Shown here: piece after piece, positions 8,530 through 19,235 of the stretch
How positions within the stretch are numbered: the first letter of the stretch is position 1
Layout: each line of letters opens with the position of its first letter
Source of the DNA: an uncultured Candidatus Saccharibacteria bacterium
GTDB taxonomy: Bacteria > Patescibacteriota > Minisyncoccia > Phycocordibacterales > UBA9988
NCBI GenBank assembly: GCA_964401135.1
Contig: CAYNXC010000001.1
Location: 122,778-186,777, forward strand
DNA: 64,000 nucleotides
Reading direction: 5' to 3'
Translations under genes and position numbers: made by a program
The notes under the pieces: generated by a model
The model's database searches: none
Told to the model about the DNA's origin: nothing
Seen by the model: only the letters and a program-made list of their open reading frames with translations

Positions 8530-10317
8530 TTAGCGCTCACCATTCTTCACCATTTGTAAGAAGACCTCATTGGGGATGGATACCTTCCCCAATTTTTGCA
8601 TTTTCTTCTTCCCCTTCTTCTGCTTCTCACGCAGCTTCATCTTGCGGGTAATGTCTCCGCCATAGAGGTAGTCAGTCACATCCTTACGCAAGGCCGCAAT
8701 GCGCTCTGCCGCAAGGATGCGCCCGAGCGAGCGTGCTTGGAGCTTAATCACGATGAGCTGTGGTGGAAGCAGTTCTTTAAGACGCGAGACTGCTCGCTCC
8801 GCCTCATCTTGCACCCGCCGTCGTGACACGACGCGTGAGAATGCTGGCACTACTTCCTCTGCGACAAGGATGTCTAAGCGAACAACATCCGCTCTCCGCT
8901 CATCTGCGTACTCATACGAGAGCGAGGCGTAGCCGCTCGTCACGCTCTTGAGTGCATCAAAAAAATTCCGCATCAATTCTCGTAGTGGTAAGAGCGCCGA
9001 GAGCGAAACACGCGTATCGCCAAAACCTTCTGTATCCCATACTTCCGCCTCATGTTCATAGAGGAGCGTCACTAAAGAGCCGAGATATTCTGGTGGGCTG
9101 ATAATGCGCACCTTGACCCATGTCTCGCGTACTTCCACTACATCCTTATCTTCGGGAAAGCGTGCTGGAGAGTACACTGTCTCGGTATGCCCATCTCTCC
9201 ACACAATCTTGTAGCTGATGGTAGGAGTAGCCACAATGAGCGAGAGTGAGAACTCACGCCGCAATCGCTCGGTAATAATCTCCAAGTGGAGCATTCCTAA
9301 AAATCCGCAACGGAACCCGCGCCCTAGTGTCCCCGACGATTCTTCCTCAAAGGTAAGCGCCGCATCAGAGAGGTGCAGACGCGAGAGCGCCTGTCTTAAT
9401 AGAGTAAAATCATCTTGACTCTCAGGGTAGATGCTCGCCCATACCACAGGCTTTGGCTCTCGGTAGCCAGAGAGTGCGGGGAGCGGATGCTTTTCTCTCG
9501 TCACGGTGTCTCCCACGCGTGCCTCCCCCGCTTGTTTAATACCAGTCACAATGTAGCCAATAGAGCCGGCTCCGAGCTCTTTGACTTCTTTTTGATCGGG
9601 GGTAAAGACTCCCACTTCAAGCGCTTGGAAGCGTTCCTTCGTCGCGGTAAGCATAAGGCTGTCCCCTCGTGTAAGTGAGCCATCAAGTACTCGCACATAG
9701 ATCACCACACCGCGATGGAGTGAATATTCAAAATCAAACACGAGTGCACGCAGGGCGCTCGTCTCGGTATAAATTTCTTGTGGTGGCGGGATTTGTGTGA
9801 TAATTGCGTCCAATAGTTCACTTACCCCAGCACCTGTCTTCCCCGACACTTCAAAGATTGTATCCTCAGAGATGTGCAAGAGTGCGGCCACCTCCTCCTT
9901 CACCTCCATGGTACGCGCGATGGGGAGATCGATTTTATTCACTACGGGAATAATGGTAAGCCCCAACTCCTCTGCTTGGTGAAGCACAGTAAAAGTCTGC
10001 GCCTGCACCCCCTGCGCTGCGTCAACCACAAGCACCACTCCCTCAACAGCAGTGAGGGCGCGTGACACTTCATAAGAAAAATCAATATGTCCAGGAGTGT
10101 CAATGAGATTAAAGATATGGCCACGATACTGCATCCGCACCGGCTGCATCTTGATAGTGATACCCCGTTCTTGCTCCAGCTCCATACGATCCAAGACTTG
10201 ATCGTGCATCTTACGCTTCTCTACCGTGGCGGTGAGCTCAAGCATCCTATCGGCGAGGGTGGATTTGCCATGGTCAATATGGGCTATAATGCTGAAATTG
10301 CGTATCTGTGACAACAT
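8530..10317 (-). CDS. lepA: Elongation factor 4 (LepA)
   Basis: NFSIIAHIDHGKSTLADR G-domain and the LepA-specific C-terminal region. Confidence 0.95.
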   Translation of the reverse strand: MLSQIRNFSIIAHIDHGKSTLADRMLELTATVEKRKMHDQVLDRMELEQERGITIKMQPVRMQYRGHIFNLIDTPGHIDFSYEVSRALTAVEGVVLVVDAAQGVQAQTFTVLHQAEELGLTIIPVVNKIDLPIARTMEVKEEVAALLHISEDTIFEVSGKTGAGVSELLDAIITQIPPPQEIYTETSALRALVFDFEYSLHRGVVIYVRVLDGSLTRGDSLMLTATKERFQALEVGVFTPDQKEVKELGAGSIGYIVTGIKQAGEARVGDTVTREKHPLPALSGYREPKPVVWASIYPESQDDFTLLRQALSRLHLSDAALTFEEESSGTLGRGFRCGFLGMLHLEIITERLRREFSLSLIVATPTISYKIVWRDGHTETVYSPARFPEDKDVVEVRETWVKVRIISPPEYLGSLVTLLYEHEAEVWDTEGFGDTRVSLSALLPLRELMRNFFDALKSVTSGYASLSYEYADERRADVVRLDILVAEEVVPAFSRVVSRRRVQDEAERAVSRLKELLPPQLIVIKLQARSLGRILAAERIAALRKDVTDYLYGGDITRKMKLREKQKKGKKKMQKLGKVSIPNEVFLQMVKNGER

Positions 10318-10329
10318 CCGTGTAGTCTA

Positions 10330-12015
10330 CTATAAACCTTCCGGTTCTGGGAGTACAAGCTTGCGACGACCTATTTTTTTTTGGAGCGCCGAGGCAAGTT
10401 CTGTAAGCTCGCGATTATCAAAGATGATAAGCAGGAGGATTCCAGCGGCAATACCAAGCCCTCCTGCAATGCATCCTTGGAGTGCAATACCGACAAAAGT
10501 TTGTGTATCAAAAAACCCTTGTACTGCGATGAGTGCGTAGTACACACTCGTACCGACAAGGATAGCGGTTGCAAGCGATTGATATACAGTATCATAGATC
10601 GTTGAGAAAAACTTCCCATGATCGCGCTCAAAGAGTACCCATATGATGACCACATTGATCATAAGTCCAAAGGCAAACGCGAGCGGGAGCATGAGTGCTG
10701 AGGTTCCAGGGAGACCCTCAACACGCAAGAGCCGTTCAAGTACACGCGCAAAGAAGGGTGTGTGATTAAAGATCCATGTAAGAAGTGGTGCCAGTATAAT
10801 GACACCCAGTGATGAGAGCGTGTTCACCACGAGAGGTACACGAGTCTTCCCGCAGGCATAGTACCCGCGGACAAAGAGGAGTACCAAGTTTTGTGCTATC
10901 AAGGAGATTACAAAAATAGCAAAGGCGGCGGCGGTCAGTCGAGTGGCTACCCAATCAAATGATCCAGTCCCTAAAATAATACGCACAATGTGTGCGCGGA
11001 GCACTATGGCGAGCGCAGATAGCGGGAGGGACCAAAAAATAAGGTGCCGTGCCGCTTCTCGGATATAGCCAACAAATTGTTCTCGCTCCCCTTTTGTGTG
11101 CAGAAGGGAGAGTGTGGGAAAAGCCGCCACTGAGTAACTGACTCCAAGAAGTGCAAGAGGGACTGATTGCAGGTTCCACGCAAAGGTGAATATCGCAATA
11201 GATCCCACTTCAAGAAATGAGGCAAGAGCGAAGAGACCCGTAAGTGAGAGCTGATGCGCCGCAAGAGTAATCGTCCGTGGAATAGAGACCGCAATCAGAT
11301 GCCGAAGCTCGTGCCATTCTGCGCCATGCGGAAGCTGTGGAATAAAGCGATACCCCGCCATGCGTAAGGCAGGAAATTGTATGAGGAGATGCAAGAGTGC
11401 GCCAAGTGCAACGCCAAAGGCAAGTCCAAGGAGGCCCAAGGATGGAAAGAGAAGCAGTAGGCCGAGTATGATGCCGAGGTTATAGAGTATGGGAGCCAGC
11501 GCGTAGAGTACAAAACGTTTTTCCATCTGTGTTACACTGCCGAAGACCCCAGAAAGACCGAGGAAAAAAGGAGAGAGGAGCATAATCCGTGCGAGAAGTG
11601 TCAACTCCTTCAATGCCAGCACATCAAAACCAGGAGCAATGATTGCAGCAAGTACGGGCATGATGAACGCAAGAAGAAGGGATATGAGCAGCATGAGCAC
11701 CGCAAAGACGGTACCGACACGAGAGATAAAATGTCCCTCAGCTGCACGGGTACCCCCTTCACGATACTGGGCCAATACGGGGATGAGTACGGTCACCGAT
11801 ACAAAAGAAGCAACAGTGACATAAAGGAGGTCAGGAATACGAAATGCCGCATAGTAAATATCTAGTTCACGCCCCGCCCCAAAACTTCCCGCAAGAAGTC
11901 TATCTCGTAAGAGCCCTAGACACTGCGATAGGAGAGAGCTCACAGCAAGGAGAAAAGCGGCCTGATGCAAGCCGCTCCACTCTCGCTGTAACAGTCGGAA
12001 GAATGTGCTAACCAC
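10330..12015 (-). CDS. murJ: Lipid II flippase MurJ/MviN
   Basis: A polytopic membrane protein of about 14 TM helices. The N-terminus AFLLAVSSLLSQCLGLLRDRLLAGSFGAGRELDIYYAAFRIPDLL is MurJ-like. Confidence 0.85.
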   Translation of the reverse strand: MVSTFFRLLQREWSGLHQAAFLLAVSSLLSQCLGLLRDRLLAGSFGAGRELDIYYAAFRIPDLLYVTVASFVSVTVLIPVLAQYREGGTRAAEGHFISRVGTVFAVLMLLISLLLAFIMPVLAAIIAPGFDVLALKELTLLARIMLLSPFFLGLSGVFGSVTQMEKRFVLYALAPILYNLGIILGLLLLFPSLGLLGLAFGVALGALLHLLIQFPALRMAGYRFIPQLPHGAEWHELRHLIAVSIPRTITLAAHQLSLTGLFALASFLEVGSIAIFTFAWNLQSVPLALLGVSYSVAAFPTLSLLHTKGEREQFVGYIREAARHLIFWSLPLSALAIVLRAHIVRIILGTGSFDWVATRLTAAAFAIFVISLIAQNLVLLFVRGYYACGKTRVPLVVNTLSSLGVIILAPLLTWIFNHTPFFARVLERLLRVEGLPGTSALMLPLAFAFGLMINVVIIWVLFERDHGKFFSTIYDTVYQSLATAILVGTSVYYALIAVQGFFDTQTFVGIALQGCIAGGLGIAAGILLLIIFDNRELTELASALQKKIGRRKLVLPEPEGL

Positions 12016-12017
12016 AA

Positions 12018-14441
12018 TTATTCATCCTCGGCTGCAGCCTTCCCGCCACGGAGTCCAGCGAGAGCGGGAAGCCCAGCCTTAAGATTTGCAAGAATCTTCT
12101 TCACTTCCTCATTGCCAGGATTTAGTTGGCTGATTTCAGTAAACTCCTGAATTGCTCTCTTATTTTCACCAAGCTCGTCATAAGTGAGCGCTAAGAAGTA
12201 CTTTGCATTTGAATAGTTTGGAGAGAGTGCGCGAGCGCGCTCCAGAATGATCCGTGCCTCATCGTAGCTCTTACTCTGGAACTTAAGGTAGCCCGCTTGG
12301 AAGAGTACTCCGAGATCATTTGGGGCGTAGGCAAGAGCGCGTTCTGCGATGACCGCCGCATTTTGAATATTGCCACGACTTGCTTCAATCTGTGAGTAAA
12401 AGAGTATTGCTTCAGGATAATCAGCCTTTTTAGTAATCGCCGCTTCAAGACTCTGCTGCGCCTTAGTAGCCTCACCAAGGGATGCGTACATTCGCGCATT
12501 TAAGTACGGGATGAGCGGACTCTCTGGATTCACAGTTGCCGCTTCTGCGTAGCGCTTAACCGCTTCATCCTTCGCTCCTGTCACCTTGAAGACAGAGAGT
12601 ACTTCGTACACACTCGCAAGACTTGCCACATTCTGATAGAAGTGTGGACGAATCTGGTATGCAGTGAGTGCGTTACGCGTTGCATTATCAACCTGTTGGA
12701 GGAATTGTGCTTGGAGCGCCTGCGCGGGGATATCTGTTTGACTCACGATACGGTTCATCCGGAGAATATTGAGGTTAGTGAGCGCTCTAGCATACTGATC
12801 GCGCACACCGAGACCTGCCGCACGCACGATGTAGGCCTCCGCGGCATTCAAATCGCCGTCTACATTTGCGCGAGCAAGTCCTCTAAAAAAGAGTGTTGTA
12901 GCCCACGATCTCCCCAAAAGTAGGTAGCCACCGCCAACAGAGGTAACGATGAGCGCAATGATGACCAGAGTGCTGATGAAGGTAGCACGAGCAGACTCGC
13001 CATAATCCAAAGAGAGTTCTTGTAGTGCGCCGGAGCGCACAGAAAGTGCGATCATGGTCCCCAATGAGAGTACTGCGAGCATAAGCAGGGTAATGTTCGG
13101 TGTGTAGATGAGTGAAAAGATCCACAGATAGAGTGTCACGAAGAAAGAGATGGCCGCGAGTGGATTAGTCATCTTGTCTCGCAAGACATTACTCATAGTA
13201 CGCCAGCCTTCAATGAGAATTGCTGCAACAAAGATGAGCATACTGATGAGTCCGACAACTCCAGTCGTCACCGCAAAGCTGGGTAGGTAGCCCACTCCGT
13301 CGTCAAAATCAGTGTTCCACGCAAGAGAAGAATTGAAAGAAGCAGGCTTAAACAATGCCCAGGCACTGTCAAAATTATTTGGACCAACACCGAAAATAGG
13401 CTTCTTCCCCAAGACTCGTCCAGTCACCTCAAGCGTGTCAGAGAATCCCGGTCGAGGCTCAAGAGAGAGTACTTGCGGTACGCCCATATAATTATTGATA
13501 CGGGTTACAATCTCACCAATGAAGCCTCTCTGATTGCCACCGAGAACAAAGAGTACCGCGATGACCGCTACAAGTAAGGAGGGGCGAAATACACTCTGAC
13601 TGCCTGAAAAGCGCTCGGCGGTCCTGTCCGCAGTCAATGCATACACATAGATCATAATTGACGAGAGTGCCAGCACGATCCACACAGGATAGAAGTTGAT
13701 GAAGGTGAGTCCAAATATAGAGAAACCAAAGAGCGTGTAGATGCCAGCGCGAGGCAGAAATGGAGATCTAAAGTCTCGCAAAAGATCTAGCATCACAATA
13801 ATACCCAGCACAGTAAGCCCAAAGAAGATGCCGAGTTCATTCCACTTCCCTACCAAGCTTACTGGGAGTGCTTGGTACCATTCGTACTTAATAAGCCAGC
13901 GGGCAGGGAGGATGCGGAAGAGTGTGTAGAGTGTGATGATTGCTGATGAGGCAAAAATAGAGAGGTACATGAGGAACACGCGCTTACGATCGGACATGAG
14001 CGTCCCAGAAAGAAAGAGAAGTATAGTGAAGATTGCGAGCCAGAGTGGTGTGCCCAGTTCGTACCCAAGGCCAATAAGGCTGTGTGCGCGGATCGCTGTC
14101 CATAAGCCCGGCACGCAAGACCCTCCTGCCCTACAAAAGAGACTCTGTGTTGACTCAACAAAAAGAGAAGAGAGGACCCCTGCAAGTGTTAGACCCCCCA
14201 GACCTAAGAACACATAGCTCTTGGGGATGGATACACTTGATTTACTCAGCCGTGATACAAGCCAAAAGATGAGCGCGATAAAAATCGCGATACCGACAAA
14301 AAATCGTTTAACAACCTCAAATGGGAGTACGCTCCCGGGGATGAATAATATTGGTGTGATAAATGCGAGTAACAGAAGGACGCTTGCCGCGGAGCCCTCT
14401 GAAGAACGGGCGGAGAGCCGCTCGTGTTCTTGTGAGTCCAT
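12018..14441 (-). CDS. Large polytopic membrane protein with an O-antigen-ligase-like core and C-terminal TPR repeats
   Basis: Many TM helices, then TPR-like repeats (ALSPNYSNAKYFLALTYDELGENKRAIQEF). Lies 3 nt downstream of murJ. Confidence 0.5.
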   Translation of the reverse strand: MDSQEHERLSARSSEGSAASVLLLLAFITPILFIPGSVLPFEVVKRFFVGIAIFIALIFWLVSRLSKSSVSIPKSYVFLGLGGLTLAGVLSSLFVESTQSLFCRAGGSCVPGLWTAIRAHSLIGLGYELGTPLWLAIFTILLFLSGTLMSDRKRVFLMYLSIFASSAIITLYTLFRILPARWLIKYEWYQALPVSLVGKWNELGIFFGLTVLGIIVMLDLLRDFRSPFLPRAGIYTLFGFSIFGLTFINFYPVWIVLALSSIMIYVYALTADRTAERFSGSQSVFRPSLLVAVIAVLFVLGGNQRGFIGEIVTRINNYMGVPQVLSLEPRPGFSDTLEVTGRVLGKKPIFGVGPNNFDSAWALFKPASFNSSLAWNTDFDDGVGYLPSFAVTTGVVGLISMLIFVAAILIEGWRTMSNVLRDKMTNPLAAISFFVTLYLWIFSLIYTPNITLLMLAVLSLGTMIALSVRSGALQELSLDYGESARATFISTLVIIALIVTSVGGGYLLLGRSWATTLFFRGLARANVDGDLNAAEAYIVRAAGLGVRDQYARALTNLNILRMNRIVSQTDIPAQALQAQFLQQVDNATRNALTAYQIRPHFYQNVASLASVYEVLSVFKVTGAKDEAVKRYAEAATVNPESPLIPYLNARMYASLGEATKAQQSLEAAITKKADYPEAILFYSQIEASRGNIQNAAVIAERALAYAPNDLGVLFQAGYLKFQSKSYDEARIILERARALSPNYSNAKYFLALTYDELGENKRAIQEFTEISQLNPGNEEVKKILANLKAGLPALAGLRGGKAAAEDE

Positions 14442-14487
14442 ATGCTTTTTATTTTATGCTTGGCTGGTATAATAGTCAAACTCTTTT

Positions 14488-14712
14488 ATGCACACACGGA
14501 AGCCAAAAAAAGGTGTTACCGTCTCGGCCGCAAGCGAGATTCTCGGGGTCTCTCCCGCAACACTCCGCAATTGGGACCGTTCTGGTAAATTGCGTGCGGA
14601 GCGAGACAGAGACAATGGATACCGGCACTACGCTGTGGGTGATCTGGAACGCTTTGCGGACCAACACGGTCTCCATAAGAGATATCCACGAACATTCAAG
14701 TTATCTACGTAA
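14488..14712 (+). CDS. MerR-family helix-turn-helix DNA-binding protein
   Basis: VSAASEILGVSPATLRNWDRSGKL is a MerR-type HTH. Confidence 0.5.
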   Translation: MHTRKPKKGVTVSAASEILGVSPATLRNWDRSGKLRAERDRDNGYRHYAVGDLERFADQHGLHKRYPRTFKLST

Positions 14713-14745
14713 AAACAAAGAACCCGCCGGTAGGCGAGTTCTTTG
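14711..14745 (-). terminator. Intrinsic terminator closing the RNase P RNA
   Basis: A CAAAGAAC.../...GTTCTTTG hairpin followed by a U-tract on the minus strand (TTTGTTTTT). Confidence 0.5.
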
Positions 14746-14747
14746 TT

Positions 14748-15074
14748 GTATACATCCTGTACCGATAAGCCGAATTCTGTTCTCCGCTAGAGGCGGAGCA
14801 GTAGTTATGTATCTAGGTCCGCCGTCGCCGACAGACTCAAGCGACTCTTCCCAACACAAAGTCGGGACACGGTCTTGCACTCAAGGATAAGGATTTAGCC
14901 GTTTCAGCCGGACTGAACCGGGTCGTTTCTGTTCGCACCTCGCGCGTTACCGCGGGCGGGAGTTACCCGCTACCCTTCCACTGCACGCCGTAAAGGCGGC
15001 GTCAGGGCACGTGTTCGGACTTTCCTCCCCGACCTCTATTAGAGGGCCGGAGCAACTACTTGGTACAGGACTTC
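14748..15074 (-). ncRNA. rnpB: RNase P RNA (bacterial type A)
   Basis: Carries the P4/CR-I motif GGAGGAAAGUCCGAAC (reverse complement of 15015-15030), GGGUAACUCCCGCCCGCGGUAACGCG, and the 3' ACAGAAUUCGGCUUAUCGGUAC motif. P1 pairs 5' GUCCUGUACC with 3' GGUACAGGAU. An extended -10 TGGTATAAT sits at 15079-15087. Confidence 0.85.
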
Positions 15075-15108
15075 TAATATTATACCATTTTTGCCGTCAA
15101 AAGGCACT

Positions 15109-17472
15109 TTACGCCTTCTTCTCCTGCGCCTCGTTTGTGAGAATATCTATCTCGCAGGTACCGCCAGCACAGGCAAGTTCTCGTTTATTTTCTGTTCCAT
15201 CCTCGCGCTCGTAGGTCACGATTTTGGAAAAATCGACATGGGCGAAGCGCTCGATGAGTTCGTTATACTGTCGTTCATCTATCTCTTCGTATGGTGCCAA
15301 TTTGTACACATGGTTCGACCGAGGGAGGAAGGAGAGTCCACCAATGATGTTCCAGTTCTCATAAACCCAATTACCAGTCTTGAGCCACTCATCATCCCCC
15401 ACTGAGATGGTCACTGATGGATTATGCTCGGTATAGTTTACTTTCACATTCTTCCAATACTCAAGAAGCTCAAGAGCAGAGACATTATCACGGAAGATTG
15501 CTCCTGTGGGTGCTTTTACAGGAAAGTCAATCACAAAGGTCGTTGCTGTCTCCAGATTCTGCCCCACTTCCGGATGGTACGGGACACCCTGATCACGGAG
15601 CATCTGGAAGAGCGCATCGGTAGATGCGATGCGCACACGGCGGATATAGTATTGCGCGTGCCGTGGGTGCATCCCTGAGGCACAATCTACCATCTGAGAG
15701 AGTGTTCCAGATGGCTTGGTACAAGTGATACAGGTAGAGGGAGTGACCCCAAAGCGCTTCGCGTATTCACGGTTGTATACCACTGCCGCGTCACGGAGTT
15801 TCCTAAGAGTCTCGGGCCTACGCACGGAAGGAGAATCCCATTGGCCAGTGATTGAGACACCGAGGAGCCGTTCACTTTCACAGTGCTCCTTCCATTCTTT
15901 AGAGAGATAAGGGAAATTGGTGAGTGTAGACTGGTAAGTACCGAGGATAGTGGCAACCTTCATCTTACGCATAAGAGACGCGGGAGTATCCTCCGCCCGC
16001 GCTACAATCTCCGAGAGGTTACAGAATTGTTTTGGCTGGAGAATAATCTCACCACATGGGTTGGTGCCAAGGGTACTGACACTGTCTCCCAACGCTTTAA
16101 TTCGACGCTCTGGCAATGTCTCACGCAGTCCACCACGATTAAAGATGCCACGCTCGCCCGAGTGGCTCTCCATCAGCGCGAGCCACTCGCGCATAAACTC
16201 CTCCGTGCTCGGCTTCTCATCGTAAACCGCAGAATTGTTTGCGAGACTACGCTGGGGCTCTGTCATATAGAACTGACCCCTCTTAGCATCGCGCATCTCT
16301 ACATCATCCAGATCAGAAAGTGAGATAAGTGCAGAACGGCGCACGCCTCCCGCAACTACAATCTCACCAATCTTACATATAATGTCGTGTGCATCTAAGT
16401 TAGTGAGCCGCCTCCCCTGCCGCTTTAGTACGGTGGCGCGGGTGAAGTTGAGTAGATCGCGCAGTGGATCAGGGCCCGATGACTTGCCACCCATCGTCTT
16501 CAGTCGCGCACCAGCAGCGCGCAGTCTACCATAATCAAATTGGATATCGTCCCCTGCGTACCATGTCTTGAGGCCAAGAGTAAGTGCATTACACCAGCCC
16601 TCCTTACTATCATCAATAGTGTGGACTGGTCGCATTTTGCCACTCTGGCGCTTAATGACAGGAAGCTGTTGCACATACTGGCTCTCTACCGAGAAACCCG
16701 CACCCGTCCCGCACATAGAGATGTACATAATTTCTGCAAAATCTTCTAGTCTGGTTGGCGCCGTGAAGGAACAGTTGTAGGCACAGACATTGGTAGCACG
16801 AGCCGCCTTCCCTGCAAATTGGAGAAGCCGCATAGATGGCATGGCCTCGTGTGAGAGGATTGCTTGGCGCACCTCTGCGTACTCTTTATCGGAAAGACGC
16901 TTCCCCAAGTTCTCACGCATAAAGTTCACATAACGATCGACGGTCTCCACCCAAGTCTCACGGCGCCCCTCATCATCTATCCAACGGGAGTAGGTGCGGT
17001 AGTAGATAAACTCACCGAGCGAATTCTTGAAATACTTCTTGCTCTCATTAACCAGATCACGAACTTTCTCGGGGATCTCCCCTTTCTCACGACGCACCTC
17101 AGAACGGCGCTCACGGTAGAGGATGTAGGCCTTTGCTGTTGCCACATAGTCGTGGAGCATCAGCTCCCGCTCTACGAGGTCCTGCGCCTCTTCGACGCTC
17201 GGAATATAGCCTTTTTCATCTCTGTGCGCGGTAGCGAGTCCAAGTGCGACAGCGTGCGCTACTTGCTTGGGCGCCCCCTCTACAGACTCGCCTGCCGCGC
17301 GCATCGCCTTGCCAATGGCGGCCTCGATGCGTGTAACATCAAAATCAACAATCGTGCCATTGCGCTTTCTCACCTGTTTCGGAGATGCTATCTTCTTTTC
17401 TTTTTTTACAGTTTTTACAGTCTTTGCGACTATTTTGGCAACTTTTTTGCTGATTTTTGTCATAATGCACAA
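15109..17472 (-). CDS. nrdJ: Class II ribonucleotide reductase with an N-terminal ATP-cone. B12-dependence is assumed from the class II call.
   Basis: 787 aa with an ATP-cone (VDFDVTRIEAAIGKAM) and a class II RNR core. Confidence 0.85.
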   Translation of the reverse strand: MCIMTKISKKVAKIVAKTVKTVKKEKKIASPKQVRKRNGTIVDFDVTRIEAAIGKAMRAAGESVEGAPKQVAHAVALGLATAHRDEKGYIPSVEEAQDLVERELMLHDYVATAKAYILYRERRSEVRREKGEIPEKVRDLVNESKKYFKNSLGEFIYYRTYSRWIDDEGRRETWVETVDRYVNFMRENLGKRLSDKEYAEVRQAILSHEAMPSMRLLQFAGKAARATNVCAYNCSFTAPTRLEDFAEIMYISMCGTGAGFSVESQYVQQLPVIKRQSGKMRPVHTIDDSKEGWCNALTLGLKTWYAGDDIQFDYGRLRAAGARLKTMGGKSSGPDPLRDLLNFTRATVLKRQGRRLTNLDAHDIICKIGEIVVAGGVRRSALISLSDLDDVEMRDAKRGQFYMTEPQRSLANNSAVYDEKPSTEEFMREWLALMESHSGERGIFNRGGLRETLPERRIKALGDSVSTLGTNPCGEIILQPKQFCNLSEIVARAEDTPASLMRKMKVATILGTYQSTLTNFPYLSKEWKEHCESERLLGVSITGQWDSPSVRRPETLRKLRDAAVVYNREYAKRFGVTPSTCITCTKPSGTLSQMVDCASGMHPRHAQYYIRRVRIASTDALFQMLRDQGVPYHPEVGQNLETATTFVIDFPVKAPTGAIFRDNVSALELLEYWKNVKVNYTEHNPSVTISVGDDEWLKTGNWVYENWNIIGGLSFLPRSNHVYKLAPYEEIDERQYNELIERFAHVDFSKIVTYEREDGTENKRELACAGGTCEIDILTNEAQEKKA

Positions 17473-17654
17473 AAAAATGAGTGATAATGTTTATCTATTG
17501 TATCTGAGATGCGTGTATCGCAAAGCTCATCAAGCTGTGTATAAGAATAACGAACCGTGGCTCAACAGATAACTCCGTCACATTTCTCTGTGACTCAGCA
17601 CTCGTCGTGAAGAGATGATCTCAAGAATCGCCCCTCGTCTATATGCAATCAGTC

Positions 17655-19199
17655 CTATACATCTATATCCGATCCAAGTGTACGGACGACAACTGTTTGT
17701 GTGGATTGTGCTGTCTTCCCTGCTGTATCTGTAACAGTTATCTTCACCGTATAAGTCCCCGCAGTAGTGTAGGTATGCGTAAAGCTCGTCTGTTGAGACA
17801 CCGTTGCTCCTGAAGATGTACCCACCGCAGTGCGGACGTCTGCAACAGTCTCGTCACCCCAGAGAATAGAGTAACTTAACCATTCTCCATCCGGATCATA
17901 GGCACGGATCTTCCAAGTTCCTGTCTTCCCTACCTCAAGACTGGTGGGGCCAGATACGGAAGTAATGGACGGCGCCCGATTGGTAGCGGTAGGTGCAGTA
18001 ATAGTGAAAGTGTTATCACTATGGTCACAATGGGCGCGCCCTGCACTACAAATGCGCAAGAAGTAGTTTCCGCTTACTAATCTATGCTGTCTGATTGTCC
18101 CTCCTCCTTCGTCCGTACCGTACTGAGCGCCAATGCGCCAACTATACGAATTTGTGCCCTCACGAGAATTTAGTCGTGCAATCTGTAATGGCTCAGCAGG
18201 CACCGTGATACAGGCCATTTCGCCTAAACAGGGTGATTCCTCCATATATATCCATACCGTTACCTGCCCTTCTTGTGACGAATTCCACGATATCGTCCTC
18301 GTCTCTCCGATACCCCACGACTCTCCTCCGTTTGGAGAGATGACAGTTATTTTTTGTCCAGTTCCATCTTTTTTTACTTCTATCCTGCGTGTGATAGTAC
18401 GAGTCTCCCCGCCAGAAATTAAGCGGAATGTGACAGTATAGGTCCCTGCTGTCGCATAACTGTGTGTAAAGGTGGTGGTATTGGTAGACCGCTTCTCTGC
18501 GGCACTCGCAGTAGTACCGGTGGTAGGAGCTGGCTCGTCTCCCCATGTCACCGCAATGGTGTAGTCACTACTGCTTGCGGTGGTGATGCCCAACTTCCAT
18601 GTCCCTGTCTCATTTACCTTAAGTGTGCTCGGGGCAGAGATAATGCGTAGCGATACCGTCTGCGATGGAGGGATGGTTATCACACAACCAAAGAGTGCAT
18701 TCAATTTTGCTCGCGTAGAGACTCCCACATACCCTGTCCCTCGTACAAGACCATATGGGGCGAGGACTTCAGAACGATACTGCTCTTGAAAGCCCACCAC
18801 TGCCGCGGCAGTCTGCTCATCAAACTCGTCATTCACAAAAGGTCCGTAACCTGCTTGCGTGAGCACCTGATGGAGTACACGCACGCGCTCTCCTCTATCT
18901 CCCACTCGGAGATTTGCTTTAAGTTCGGTGCACTGCTTCTTCACTGGGCTATCCTCCCATGCCTTACAAGAAGGTGGTACCGTCAAGTTAAACTGCGGAT
19001 ATACTTTTGTTAAGCGGATAATCGTCTTACATGCCGAAGAGATATCATCCTCCCTCGTATCATTGTTACTTGCACGCACCGGACTCTCTGCACGCACTGA
19101 GAGTGGCGCAACAGCAAGGAGCAGGAGTACTGCGCTTGCCACAATCATTATTCTATTCATACTTATTATAGTGTTATGTGCTAATAATAATGGCAGCAC
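17655..19199 (-). CDS. Secreted protein with a peptidoglycan-binding domain and PKD/Ig-like repeats
   Basis: A signal peptide, a PG-binding-1-like region (VLHQVLTQAGYGPFVNDEFDEQTAAAVVGFQEQY), and repeated TYTVTF.../TYTVKITVTD beta-sandwich motifs. Confidence 0.5.
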   Translation of the reverse strand: MLPLLLAHNTIISMNRIMIVASAVLLLLAVAPLSVRAESPVRASNNDTREDDISSACKTIIRLTKVYPQFNLTVPPSCKAWEDSPVKKQCTELKANLRVGDRGERVRVLHQVLTQAGYGPFVNDEFDEQTAAAVVGFQEQYRSEVLAPYGLVRGTGYVGVSTRAKLNALFGCVITIPPSQTVSLRIISAPSTLKVNETGTWKLGITTASSSDYTIAVTWGDEPAPTTGTTASAAEKRSTNTTTFTHSYATAGTYTVTFRLISGGETRTITRRIEVKKDGTGQKITVISPNGGESWGIGETRTISWNSSQEGQVTVWIYMEESPCLGEMACITVPAEPLQIARLNSREGTNSYSWRIGAQYGTDEGGGTIRQHRLVSGNYFLRICSAGRAHCDHSDNTFTITAPTATNRAPSITSVSGPTSLEVGKTGTWKIRAYDPDGEWLSYSILWGDETVADVRTAVGTSSGATVSQQTSFTHTYTTAGTYTVKITVTDTAGKTAQSTQTVVVRTLGSDIDV

Positions 19200-19235
19200 A
19201 GTGCCCTACTTCTAGGGTACCAATTTTCTCAATTT

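Noticed and set aside
10371-14217. Numerous short ORFs nested inside lepA, murJ, the O-antigen-ligase-like gene, nrdJ, the aminoacyl-tRNA synthetases and so on (for example 10371..10655, 12191..12499, 13859..14185)
   Set aside because: They are antisense to or out of frame with long conserved genes. They show no motifs and their composition is typical of shadow ORFs.
17570-17600. GTCACATTTCTCTGTGAC inverted repeat upstream of nrdJ, considered as an NrdR box
   Set aside because: The spacing and sequence do not match the 16-bp NrdR consensus well, and no nrdR gene is visible in the window. It is left uncalled.
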